A DNA stretch of 44,477 nucleotides, taken from NCBI GenBank assembly GCA_009602725.1, contig WELB01000013.1:1177431-1221907 (forward strand), in the 5' to 3' direction. Made by a program: the position numbers and the translations under genes. Under the pieces are notes generated by a model. It ran no database searches. It was not told where the DNA came from and saw only the letters and a list, made by a program, of their open reading frames with translations. The first letter of the stretch is position 1; every line of letters begins with the position of its first letter. Shown one piece after another: positions 1 through 15,100 of the stretch. This DNA comes from Spirogloea muscicola (Eukaryota).

Positions 1-3416
<3,416 letters not shown>

Positions 3417-4389
3417 TGCGCCTGGCCTTTGAGGCCGTGGCCACGTGTGCAGCTTGTCATGTAGTTGCTCCCACACATTCATGTAGCAGCTTTGAGGCAT
3501 TGCTGCCTCTCAGTTTTGACAGGAGATGGTACGCCATTGTACCAGAGGTTGTCTACAATCCAGTAGGCTCTTAGCAGGCACAGGACATTTCAGTAGCCCC
3601 CATGACTTTGCTGCCATTCTTGTTGAGTCCTAAGACCAACCAGTAGGAGTTACATGGCCTACCCTCGGGCAGTACACTAGTAAATCCCATAGTGGCAACT
3701 TGCCATAGTATTACACACAGCAAGCAGCGATGATTGTCGTTGCATTCCTGTTGACATGACTTGTGCAGTCACCTCTGTCTAACAATGGCACTTCAAGATC
3801 ATGAATAGCTCTGTAGTACTGCGCCAGTGCTACTTTGTCAGAAAATATTGGTCAATGAGCTTGACGGCTGCTGGTGGATTGTATGCAGGAAGTAAGGTGC
3901 GCGTCCCAGTTTAGGCACTGATGCTATCGAACATTAGGAACACCACATAGCAGATCTCTCACGTTGAGGGTGGCATACATGTCTAAATAGATCCACAGTC
4001 CCTTGGCATCAGACAGCACTTGGTCCTCGAATCGTTAAGCAGGAGGAAGGGACCGTGGCTGACCCATTAGTGGTGATTCTCGCTGCCAAGCACTTCCGTC
4101 ACTCGCAATGACTGCTGTGGGACTTGGTGCCGGTCTTGTGTCTAGCACTGTACTCCCATGTCACTGACCGCTTGTGTTCCAATGCCTTACCTCGGTGGAT
4201 AGTAGGTACTGCCGTGCAGCTTCACCGGAGTCAAGCCTGCAAGCCATTACTTGTTCAGAGGAGGGCAAGTGAAGCAGCAACTTGAGACAGCTCCATTGTC
4301 CTCAGAAAACCGTGGCTGGTCTTAGAGGTGGTCCGCCTGCCTCGACCACCGCACAAAAAGTCCTGAATACACCACGATTTTGAGGAGCA

Positions 4390-5790
4390 CATGCGTCTCA
4401 GAGGTTTCAGGGCGTAGAGCTTGGAGTCGTGCGCCGCTGTTGACTGGGAGTTACTGAGCGGCCCAAGCGCGGCAGCCAGTTGTGCTCAGTGGTCCGTTTC
4501 TACCAGGTCAAGGCTTCCCGCTGGACCTCGTCCACGCTTCTTGGCAGGCCCGTCACAGCCGCCGGGCAGCTTCCACTTCGAGAATAGGCTCTACTTTTAC
4601 ATGGGCAATGGCTGTGAAGGCCAGCGCCCACAAGGAGAAGATCTTTGAAGGTTGGCAATAGCTGTGAAGAGAAGCAGCTCTAGTCAAGCAGGCGAGGTCT
4701 GTGACAGGCCAGCCCAAGACGAAACAGACAAGGTCTCAAGTGGCCGGAAAGCGTAAACCACGCAGCAAAGCAAGTGGCTACATAGGATGGCCACTCAGTA
4801 CAACCGAGGAGCGGGGTGTGGTTGTCATGAAAGTGGAAGTGAGGCTAAGCTGAGCCAATGTACACAGTGGTCATGCATTCAAAGGGAGCGCAAAGAATGG
4901 GACAACCACAAAGCGGAAGCCTAGGCTAAGTAATAGGGGCTAAGGAAGCAGGGAAATGCGGGGTTGAGGGCCCACGAGAGGGAGCACAAACGTCAGGTGG
5001 AGCTAGTTTCGGAAGAGTCTTTCTTCTACTTAAGAGAAGGCGCGCGGTGCGCATGGAATTGAACCAGGCCAATTCTAGTCTTAAAATGTCCTGTTGACTA
5101 GGTAATGAGCTGGCTAAGCTGGCTCTACTTGGGAGGGGGCCGAGTCCCGCCAAGATGACCGGTGGCCCATGAAGGAGTGAAGCTCTTCTCAAGGGGGCTC
5201 TTGGGAACAGCGACGCCTCCAATTCTGGGGTGCTGGCACCTGAACCGCGGCCCCCCTCCAGATTCTGCAACCTTTCAATCTCTGCAGGCAATCGCTATTC
5301 ACGAGTAAGACGGTGGCGGTGAGAAGCCAGCCCACAGAGAAGGGACGGACACGAACCCGAAACTCTCCTCTATGACCCTGGGCCCCTTCCAACCTCGTCA
5401 ATTTGGCTGGCCTCTCCCACCAACCGCTCATGGAAGCGTCTCTCTCTCTCTTTCACAACCCTCGCCCCATCTTGGAAGTGCGCACTACTATTTCTCTTCT
5501 GTTGACCTGGGAGCTGGTCTCGCGCCAGCCATCGCCTCATCTTGGGAGAGCTGTTTGGCTCTTCCCGGAATGTGGCTCTCCCGAAGATGGCGGGGGCTGT
5601 GAAACAAAGGGCCGAGGTTGTGTGGCAATGAGAGTGCCGGAAGAAAGTGCTCGCCCCTATGGGAGAAGGGGCTGGCAAAGCCAGCCCAGGGACAATGTCC
5701 AATGTCCGTGTCTCAAAGGGCGCCGGAAGGCGCGTCAATTCTTTTCGGGCTGGCTTCTCACAGCCCTTGCCCCCATTGGGAGAGCCACTT
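4390..5790. mobile_element. Cluster of decayed non-LTR retrotransposon 3' fragments
   Basis: Contains an ORF-end remnant ttg act ggg agt tac tga gcgg (LTGSY*, about 4440-4461), a catgcgcaccgcgcgcc motif (minus strand, about 5038-5055), and several GGCTG...CAGCC stem-loop copies (4610, 4699, 5315, 5669, 5746). These are shared with 8908-9590, 21817-21875 and 34990-37040. Confidence 0.55.
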
Positions 5791-5959
5791 CTTCTTCTTC
5801 TTTGAGAGGAGAAGCACACCGTGTGCTTCTCAGCTCCCACGGAAAAGGCATCCGGAATGGGGCACGCGTCGCCGAGAGTTCTTCGGCGCGGAGAGGAGGG
5901 GGGGGGGGCCCGCCCCGCCCGCCCACCGACAGCGGCACCCCCCTCCTCCCCCCCCTCCT

Positions 5960-6317
5960 NNNNNNNNNNNNNNNNNNNNNNNNNNNNNNNNNNNNNNNNN
6001 NNNNNNNNNNNNNNNNNNNNNNNNNNNNNNNNNNNNNNNNNNNNNNNNNNNNNNNNNNNNNNNNNNNNNNNNNNNNNNNNNNNNNNNNNNNNNNNNNNNN
6101 NNNNNNNNNNNNNNNNNNNNNNNNNNNNNNNNNNNNNNNNNNNNNNNNNNNNNNNNNNNNNNNNNNNNNNNNNNNNNNNNNNNNNNNNNNNNNNNNNNNN
6201 NNNNNNNNNNNNNNNNNNNNNNNNNNNNNNNNNNNNNNNNNNNNNNNNNNNNNNNNNNNNNNNNNNNNNNNNNNNNNNNNNNNNNNNNNNNNNNNNNNNN
6301 NNNNNNNNNNNNNNNNN
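5960..6317. other. Assembly gap (others at 18688-19022, 34581-34832, 37350-37612; single n at 22180 and 29004)
   Basis: N runs, each embedded in very GC-rich sequence at gene 5' ends. Confidence 1.
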
Positions 6318-6452
6318 CCCCCCCCGGCCCCTCGCGGCGCCTCGAGCACGAAGCCTAGCCCCCGCCGCCGCACCCACGCCGCGCCCCAGCAGCAGCCAGC
6401 GCGGCGGCGCACCGCCGAAGCCGCCGCCGCCGTCGCCGCAGAGCCTCCGGTG

Positions 6453-8035
6453 ATGGGAGGCCACACCGTCATCGTCGCGACGCGGGACGTGGTCGTCAGC
6501 ATGGACGCCATCCGCTGGGCGCTGTGCAGCCTGCACCAGCCTGGCGACCCCGTCACGCTTCTGCACGTCGTCAGCCGCGTCCCGTGCGCCGAACGATGTG
6601 AGGGCCCCCGCTCGCTCGCGCACCTCGTCCGGCCCGTCTCGCCACCTTCCAGCCCTGGCGCTGACGGTCCTCCCTGTCCATGCGCCAGACGGCGAGGACG
6701 CCAAGGCCAGCGAGGTGACGACCATCGAGGTGGCCAGCCACATCCGCCACGTCGTGCAGCCCTTCATGCACCAGCTCAAGTCCATCTGCAACGGCCTCCA
6801 CGTGCGCACCCCCACTTGCAGCCGCGCCTTAGAGTAGGGCAGGCCGCTTGCCATGCCGGACATCAGCGCGCCCATGTATCGTGTGTCTCTCGCGCACGTA
6901 CGAGCGGTGCTCGGGGGAGCGTGCCTCTTCCACCGTGGCTGGGGCTCAGACGAGCTCCTGACAGGGGACCGCACGATGCGGCGGGCTGTGCTGCGCAGGT
7001 GGCCGTGGACCTCAAGATCGCAATTAACGACTGCATCGGCGAGGGCGTGGTGGACGCTGTGCACCAGCTGGCAGCCACCAGGCTTGTCATGGGCAAGGCG
7101 ACGCTGGCCATGTGCCGGCCGCGGGACTTCTTTGGCCGTGGAATGAGGGATATCGCCACGAGGTGTGCATTGCCCCGAGCCTGGCCTGCGCAGCCGATCC
7201 TCGGTCTTGTGATAGGCCTGCGCTGCTGATCCCCTCGCTCTTACGATCAGGCTTCTCCGCCGCTCGGCACCTTGGTGTGAGTGCGGCGTTGATGTGTGCA
7301 TGAGGGCTAAAAGCGGTCTGTGTGGCCGTCCTGCTCATGACAGGGGCGTGGGTGAGGAGGCATCGCACATCATGAAGCACAGGCCCATGGACTGCTCCGT
7401 GTACGTCGTACAGCGGGGCAAGCTACTGTGCCAGGAAGGGCCCGCGTTGCCTCACGCTGCGGAGTCTCCGAGTGCGTACCCTTTTGGCCCATGGGTTGAC
7501 TCCGTCACAGCCAGCCTTGCATCTGGGCCCCTGCTTGCACTGGAGAGTCTCCCGGATGCTAAGGCCTTCTGCCTTGGTCAGGTCAAGGTTGACGCGCTCG
7601 GGGTTGTCCCCAGCCGCTTGTCCCCAACAACCTACCCTGACGGTCGACCAAAGCTCCAAAGTCCATATCATCTCACACCGTCTTCTCCTGCATGGCGCAG
7701 CCTGGCTCTGCGTAATGCCACCGTCGTCTCCTCAGCTGGTGGGCACGGTGGCCAGGTCGCTGTCAATGGGCTCTCCGGCTTCCTCCAGCACACCAGAAAG
7801 CAGCCCCCCACGAAGCTCGTACGGCGAGCCCCCTCGTCGCAGCCTGTCGCTTGAGACAGGCTCAGCGGGCTCGCTGTCTCCTCCATATGAGAGGGCCCGG
7901 GCGTGCGACATTGACGCTTGTGAAGCAGAGGAGATGACAACGCCACTGTACCAGGCCCTCCGACGAACAATCGAGCTGCGCAAATCGATCACCTCCAACC
8001 CGCAGCTCTTCTTGGAGCGCTACCAGAGCGTCTGA
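6453..8035 (+). CDS. Universal stress protein (USP/STK_N-like) domain protein with Ser/Pro-rich tail, about 5 exons; true start may lie upstream in the N-gap
   Basis: HTVIVATRDVVVSMDAIRWALCSLHQPGDPVTLLHVV ... IGEGVVDAVHQLAATRLVMG ... ASHIMKHRPMDCSVYVVQRGKL fits the USP fold pattern. The segments join by phase-compatible GT-AG introns; stop at 8033-8035. Confidence 0.75.
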
Positions 8036-8907
8036 GCCCAGTGGGGCCGCCCGTCCTCGCACGTGGCCTCGAGCAGCTTGATGCAGGACTGAGGGCGTGC
8101 CCGCTGCTCGTGACCCCTTCGGTACAACCGCTTGAGCACTCTGCACGACCTTCCTTGACACCCCACCTCCAACTGCCACCTTGCCGGGCCTGCTCCTGTC
8201 CAGGGCTGTGCACTTCCCCCGATATAGCCACCGCGGCCTCGTCTTCTCTCCTGCAAACCATCACCCAACCCTCCCCTTACAAGCTCGAGGAGTGCAGCCA
8301 GAGGATGGCCCCCTGCCAAGCGCCTTCGTAACCGATGCAGGTATCAGACTTGCTTGGCAAGTGGGGATCCTAATCAGCCTCCCGGCAAGGATATGCTTGC
8401 CAAGTCCATTCTTGGCCTCCCAGCACCATGTGCTACTTATCTGCAATGTGGCCTTCAAACCCTGGCCTCCAGCCAGAGACCCCAATAAAGTCACAGGTCT
8501 GCGCTTTGTGAATACTCAGGCAATTTGGCCACCCATGTAAATTCGTCCTTTCCAGGGCCGTTTCCACATACGACCTTTTGGCTCCAGGGCCACCCTAAGC
8601 TATCCAAACGTCTTGATGTGCCAATCGTGCGTGTTTGAATCCGAATCGCGCGCACAGGTATCTCTTATTTGCATCACGAGTTATTCCATTAGCCGGAAAT
8701 GAGGCTGAACAAGTGCGTTGTATTGAGCCCCAATGCTGTGGCAGCTGCGTCCTCCCAAAGTGGTGGTAGTGTCGCGCTTAGGCGGTGCACTTGCAGGGCT
8801 TCTTGCGAGTGTGTGGCAGAGTCGCCGCAAGCTGAACGGCGCAGCTGCAGCCATCGCTGACAGCCATGCGAAGTCTGATGCGCAATGTGCGAAAGCAAGC
8901 AATGCGT

Positions 8908-9546
8908 GTGTATTAAGAGATGGGGAGGCCATGTGTGGCCAAGTACAAGGGCAAGCACTTTGACAAATGTACGTCACCTGCTGCTAACTGACCCGCTCAG
9001 TAACCACGAGTCAGCACATAGAGGTCACTAACTGATGCTCGAATACCGGACGGCAATCGACAAGCTCTCGAACTACCAGCTAAGGCTCGACCAGCTTTCT
9101 GATGCAACGCATGAGCCTGAGCTCGCTACAGACAAGCTGACACTCCACGACGCAAGAATGACAAGTAGGCTGCCCGCATGCCCATCTGAGCTTGAAGCAT
9201 ATCCTCACGATGAGCATATCCCAAACTTGCAAAGCGCAGTGTGTGAAAGCAAGGCAGGAGGAAGGAGTGGCTGCCCCAAGGGGGCAGTGGCTGTGAAACG
9301 GCAAAGCTCAAATGGATGTGCACGATATAAAGTTTTCTCCAGTAGGAGGCGATTGCTGTGAAAAGGCCAGCCCAACAAAGACTGGACAAGGTCCGAAGGG
9401 GCTGGAAATCGAGTATGTATTGAGAGATGGAGGGCCTGAGTGGCCACGTACAAAGGCAAGCCCAACATCAGATGTACATCACCTGCGCTGCTAAGCTGAC
9501 CCGCTCAGTAACCACGAGTCAGGACGTGGAGGTCGCTAACTGATGC
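8908..9546 (-). mobile_element. Two tandem ~130-bp copies (8908-9038 and 9416-9546) of the retrotransposon ORF end and 3' UTR
   Basis: Imperfect direct repeat. The minus strand reads SDLYVLTRGY* and SDLHVLTRGY*, matching SDMYVLTRGY* (35524) and SDLHLLTRSY* (35963). Between them lies gctgtgaaaaggccagccc...ggacaaggtccgaaggg (about 9355-9400), which matches about 36190-36235. Confidence 0.7.
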
Positions 9547-9804
9547 GATGGATGAGAGAAAGGCGCGCGGTGCGCATGAAACGGTGGCCAATTTTGGCCT
9601 TTCTTTGATCAAAGCCAACACACTGTGGAAAGCCCAATACCAAGGCCACGAGGTCACAGTGTACCCCCCAGCGGCTCAGTTAGTCTGTGCCTCCCATTGC
9701 CGCCAGGCCACTCGAGCCGCAGCGCCCACGCCGCCGGCGCCGCCGCCGCCGCAAGCGTCGCGCCTCTCGGCGCGGAGAGCGGAGGTGCTCCCTCGCCGCC
9801 GGTA

Positions 9805-10803
9805 ATGGCGGCGCTGAGCCAGGCCTTGGCGGCGGCCGGGCTGGCATCGCCGCAATGCGCGGCAGCGAGGCCGAGGCTCGCCGGCCGGGTGAGCCATCTC
9901 GCGCTGCCCAAGGCAAGCCCAGAGGCGGAGCCTGCCGCCAGGCGCCCGAGCGCACCGCCATGGCGGCCAGCTGGGCTCGCGCGGGACTGACGACCCACGA
10001 TGCCGGCTGCCGCGGCGCTGTGATTCTGCAGCGGCGCTCTTCGGCGCGGGTCTGCCGCAGCCAGCAGGGGGCCGGCGGGTGCTGCGGCGGCGGCGGCGGC
10101 GCAGATGGCGGCTGCCGGGGCGGCGACGGCGCCAGCTCCGAGGCCTCGCGGCTGGAGGCGCTGCTGGGCTCCTCCGCGGCTCCTTCGCAGGACGGCTTCA
10201 GCCTGGGCCAGGTGAGCAATGGCCTCCGCAGCAAACACCGGTGGCCTGGTAGAGCCGCGGGCTCAGAGCCGGCCGTGGCAACTCCAATCGAGCAAGTCAT
10301 GCAACGCCCCCCCGCCTGCTGCTGCCGAGCACTAGCTCGGCCAGCTGCATTGCACGTCGCAATGGTCATGAGATGGTGGTCGAGGGCACAATGGATGTAG
10401 GATGGCTGGTTTGCTGACGACCGAGCCATGGTTGGTGGGTGTGTAGATGGATGGAAGCATCACACGGGAGGTGCTCCAGGACGTCATTGGAGTCATGCCG
10501 GAAGCCATGGTGGGCTGTCCTGCCGCTACATTGTTAGCCTTTGTATAACTGACCAAGGCCGAATAGCAATCGATCGATTCGCCCCTTCTCCTTCTTGTAC
10601 TGGAGCTGTCAGATTCTCAACCTGTATATGGGGTGTTGCATACCATTCTGCACCTCGAACCGTCGCTTCTCCATGCATCATAAGGCTGAATCTCTGTCAT
10701 GCCCCACTTGCAACAGGTGAGGCCCCAGGCAGAGAAGTTCCTGGACGTCGACGGCTTGCTGGCCGAAGTCAGAGCTTTGGGTGACGACGACTTTGTATTT
10801 TGA
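9805..10803 (+). CDS. Small (~116 aa) unknown protein with plastid transit-peptide-like N-terminus, 3 exons
   Basis: Exons 9805-9888, 10032-10211 and 10717-10803 join in phase 0 with gtgagc donors and cag acceptors: MAALSQALAAAG...RVCRSQ...SRLEALLGSS...FSLGQ|VRPQAEKFLDVDGLLAEVRALGDDDFVF*. Confidence 0.55.
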
Positions 10804-12111
10804 GGCAGGCTCGAGTAAGCATCATGCTTGCATTCTAAGGAGCAATGCTACGGGACTGGTGTGAAGATGACAACCTGTTGGTACATGCCTCGAGAACCAT
10901 GAGATGATGGTGAGCGCAACAAAGGTTGTGCTCGCATGCGGCTGTTATTCTGGTGCAAGAGGAACCAATAGCTATTTGTGAGGTCGTATCACAGTGAGGA
11001 GAGTTCAAAAATAAAAAGTTTGAAATGTTGCAAGGTCGTCGAGACAGTCATTGTGTGCTGTCCTTGACCAAGGTCTCTGCCACATCCTTGCACTCCTTAT
11101 AAGATGTGTCACCTTCATGCCCTTGCCTGCCCATATAAGGTCCTCATATCTTCGTGAGATTCAAATTGCAGTACTACTAAAGCATGCACTTGTCATAAAG
11201 CTGGTCACTTATGAGTGACCAGCTTTGCTCACAATGGCAAAAAAGGAGAGGCGCTCAGCTTTGAGCGCCTCTACTTTCAGCGGGAACATACTATTCACAG
11301 GCTGGTCACATGGGCACACCACTTCAATCGAGAGTTACATTTGAGCACTCAAATGCGCCAGCTGAAAAGGCACTGAGTTGAAAGGATGTGATGGATACTA
11401 TCATATCTGAGAGATGGCTGCAAGGCAGGTAGGAGTCTAAGGATGCCGCATGCACTGACGAACAATGACTCCTTCTACAAGCTTGTACAAAAGGGAATAG
11501 TGGTGATACAGCTACTGCACTACAAAATTGCAGGACGCAGAAGCAAGATTTCGCAAGAGGAGGCCGTCGCAGGAGAAAACGGTTGTATGGTAGCAATAGC
11601 CATCCCCAAGATTAGATTCTCCTGCCACTGTCGTGGTGTGCTGAGCCAGCCAAAGAGTGCAAACGAGGTAATCCAGGGACTGTAATTTGTAACGAGATTT
11701 TACTACTCTCCTCCTACGGCCAGGACACTGCATGATGCCGCCTTTTATTTCTCTTTCTGCATTAGCAGCGCCCCTTCAGCAGCGAATAGAGCGCTGCCCT
11801 TGTCAAAGTGCCAGCTACATGAAGCGACTGCACAAAAACGTATAATTCGCGTCATTGATGTGCACATCCCTATGCCTTCCGACATTGATGTTACCAGAGT
11901 AAATGAGTGAGGACAAGCGTATGTTGTTGCTCATCCTGTTCCTTTGTTGCCTGATAGATGTCCACAGGGGTATACAACCTGTGACTAACAGAAGGCCACC
12001 GGCTGCTTCTACTGCTGTACCAGCAGGCCTTGGCTAAAGGCCTGCTTGCTAGCTTGCACACTGGGTTAGCAAGTAGCCTCAGGAAAGGGTCCAAAGAAGT
12101 GTAGCTGCCAC

Positions 12112-15100
12112 TCAAGAGGCCAGGCTCTTAGAGACAATCTCATACACATTCTCCGACAAACCATTGGTAGAGATGATGCGTTGCAGCTGCGCCTGCACAT
12201 GCCAACCAGCGGTGTTGCGGTGATCAAGCATGATAACAGCTCAGGTGGATGAGTAACTCAGTGCATCAGCTCACGCACTCTCACAAGATGTGCATGATTA
12301 ACCACTGCAATCATTGCACTCAAGGTAGTCCAAAGCATGTGGAGATTAGTGGTATGTTATAGCAGAAGACGAACTTGAGCAGCTTCTTGCCGCTGCATGT
12401 CATACTTCCTCCACCTCGTGAAGGCGGATACCATCCTCGCCGCCACCTAGCAGAGAGACCGGGCACCAGATGGGGTCAGTCCATAAGTTCCTAGGACATC
12501 AGCAGCTTTTGAATTCCATAAATGGCACTGGCCAGCTTTTGGCATCTCACCTGAGCATTGAGCTTGTCGAGTTCCAGTACCATGTCACCAAGGAAGGCAA
12601 AGCCAGTGCCATCTTTGGCATAGAAATTTGACGGGCAGGCGCAGAAGCCACCAATCAAAGAGTACACCTACAGAAGGCAACCAGAGGTCATCTAAACTCA
12701 AAGGAACAACACTTCCCACCAGAAAGAAAAGGCCCAATGATCATTTCAACTCCCAATACATGCAGCTGCAATTCTGATGGAAGAAATGGTAAGTACATAG
12801 GTCATCGCAGTCACCTTGTTAGGCTCCTTGATATTGAACGCAGGGTGATGAAGGAGAGCCTGCACATTAGCTACATTTCCAGGTATGCTGGCGGACGCCT
12901 GGAGCCCAAGCCACTTGTTCATCACCAGATTATCTGACTTCCACTGCTCATAGAATTGGCTCAGTGCTGCATCCCTGGCATCCCCTGCGTTCTGGTTCAA
13001 GCAAGCCAGTGCTGCAAATTGATCGGTCATATTTGTAGCTCCTTGATATTCCGCCACTGCTAGCGATGTTGTTTCGGGCTCATTCAAGCACGTCAAATAG
13101 CCTGCAAGATGACTGAAATTCCTCAATAGGTTGTCATACTCAATCTGATTGAGATAACCGTATTGATTACCGCTGGATAATGGCGTAGTGCTGGAAAGGT
13201 GTGAACAGCTAAAGTAGCTTACCAAGGGCTGCGTTCTTCAAGCCCCGGCGAGCTTTCTGCTGATGCGTTGGCTCATACGCTTCATCGCTTCGATTAGCCT
13301 CGACCTGGCACACGCACCAGAGGTTGATGAACAGTCAAACTCGTAGTAATAGCACAGGGCACACATGCTTGTCCAAGCACTCCTAATGAGATGTCATGAG
13401 CATCTGCTGCAATCACTACTTTGTTATGAAGAGTTAGGGTCATACCAAGCGAAGCAACTCAGTGCGCAGATGTCCAGCAAGCTGGCGTCGGACATAAGTG
13501 TGAACCTCATGAATGGCATCTGGATCTGCTACATTCATGTAGTCTGCTAGCTCACTTTCTCCTGGTAAGGACATGGCTCTTGCCAAGAATGCCTGCATCA
13601 GCTGACTAAGCTAGATCAGGCGCTGCTTAGCTGCTCACAGCAGTATTGCAACTTACTGCCTTTGTATAAGAAACACTATGCCAGGAATATCTGCACAGTG
13701 CGGCTTCAAGCTGACCTTGTCAAGAGATGGATCTGATACAAGGCTCCTGAAAGCTTGAATGAAAGAGGCTGGTACTGATATGCTTTCACCGTGTTGGTGT
13801 TGTTCCACAAGCGCTAGCATAAGTTCCCTGGCCATACTCTGACCTGCTTCCCATCTGGAGAAATTTGACACATTCCTTGACTGAACAAAGAATGTCCAGT
13901 ACTCAACCGATTTCATGCCTAAAAAGGTGAGGAATGTAATTGGCATCGTTGCAAGCAAGCATGCAGTACCTGTTAAACTCATCAGAATCATGGGCAAGGA
14001 GGAATGTGAGCTGCTCGTCTGTAAGGTCAGTCTCCAGCCTGACTGGAGCACTGAAACCCCGAAGAAGGGATGGCACAGGTTGTTCACCAACGTCCTCGAA
14101 CGTGAAAACTTGCTGATCCTGCAAGAGTTTTAGTGACACACTGATCAGGGTAATTCCAGCAACTTGCAAACAAGCCGATGCCTTGGCCGCATGCATGCCA
14201 AGCATCAGGGAAGGAAAAGTCGGGGACCTGTTCCACCCGCAGAACAACAGTGGTGGGAGCCTTCCCATTCTGGCCACTTGAGGAGTCGTGGTGCCCATCT
14301 TTCCGAACCTTCAAAGGCAGGTCGCTCCCATCAGGACCAACGAGGCCCACAGCTAGAGGCAATAGCATGTGCTGCTTCTCGTTTTGGCCAGGCGTCGAAG
14401 GCACCTCCTGCCTGAGGGCACCACCCCATATTCTACATGAGCAAGATCATAACGACAAAAGCACCGTACTGAAAGAAGGCACTACAGTCTATCCATCTGA
14501 AGAAAGTCCAGCCGAAATTTTTCACGTGAGCACTGGCCAGCATGGAGCTTCATTTTGCGATCGTAAGAGCATCTAACTTACTTGCAACGTAGTGTAAAGG
14601 TATGTGCCTTTGAATCATACGAGGTCGCTACTGACAAGCTTGGTGTCCCTGCCTGACCGTACCTGTTGAAAGTAAGTACCATACCACTGATTACGATACA
14701 TCTGCAGCAGGACTGCCACGACCAATGCACAAGAGCAGACTAGCTCTTCAAGAGCCAGATGCTTAAGAGGTATAGAGTAAAGGGACTGCAATATTAGTAT
14801 AACCATCCGACCAGAGAGTAGAACAATGAGCATGTCATACCAGCGGGAGAAAATGGAGAGATCAGCTTTATTGGCATCTCGCATTGCTGCCAGAAAGTCA
14901 TCACAGGTCACTGCCTGCCCATCGTGCCTCTGAAAGTACAAGTCCATGCCCTGCACAGATGTATGGCAGAAGATAGACAGTGACAACAGTAAGGGATCCA
15001 GTAGCATGTCTGAGGTCCAGAACCTCCTATGAAAAGCTCAGACTACTCCCTAGCTCTTCTATACGAGTCAATCACCAAGATAGGAGCTCAGATGACATTG

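Noticed and set aside
4926..5291. 121-aa minus-strand ORF as a gene
   Set aside because: Non-ATG start, lies inside repeat-derived sequence, and has no splice or homology support.
4610..5790. Recurring short palindromic motif as a CRISPR-like array
   Set aside because: Irregular spacing, mixed orientation, degenerate copies and eukaryotic context; better explained as retroelement 3' UTR stem-loops.
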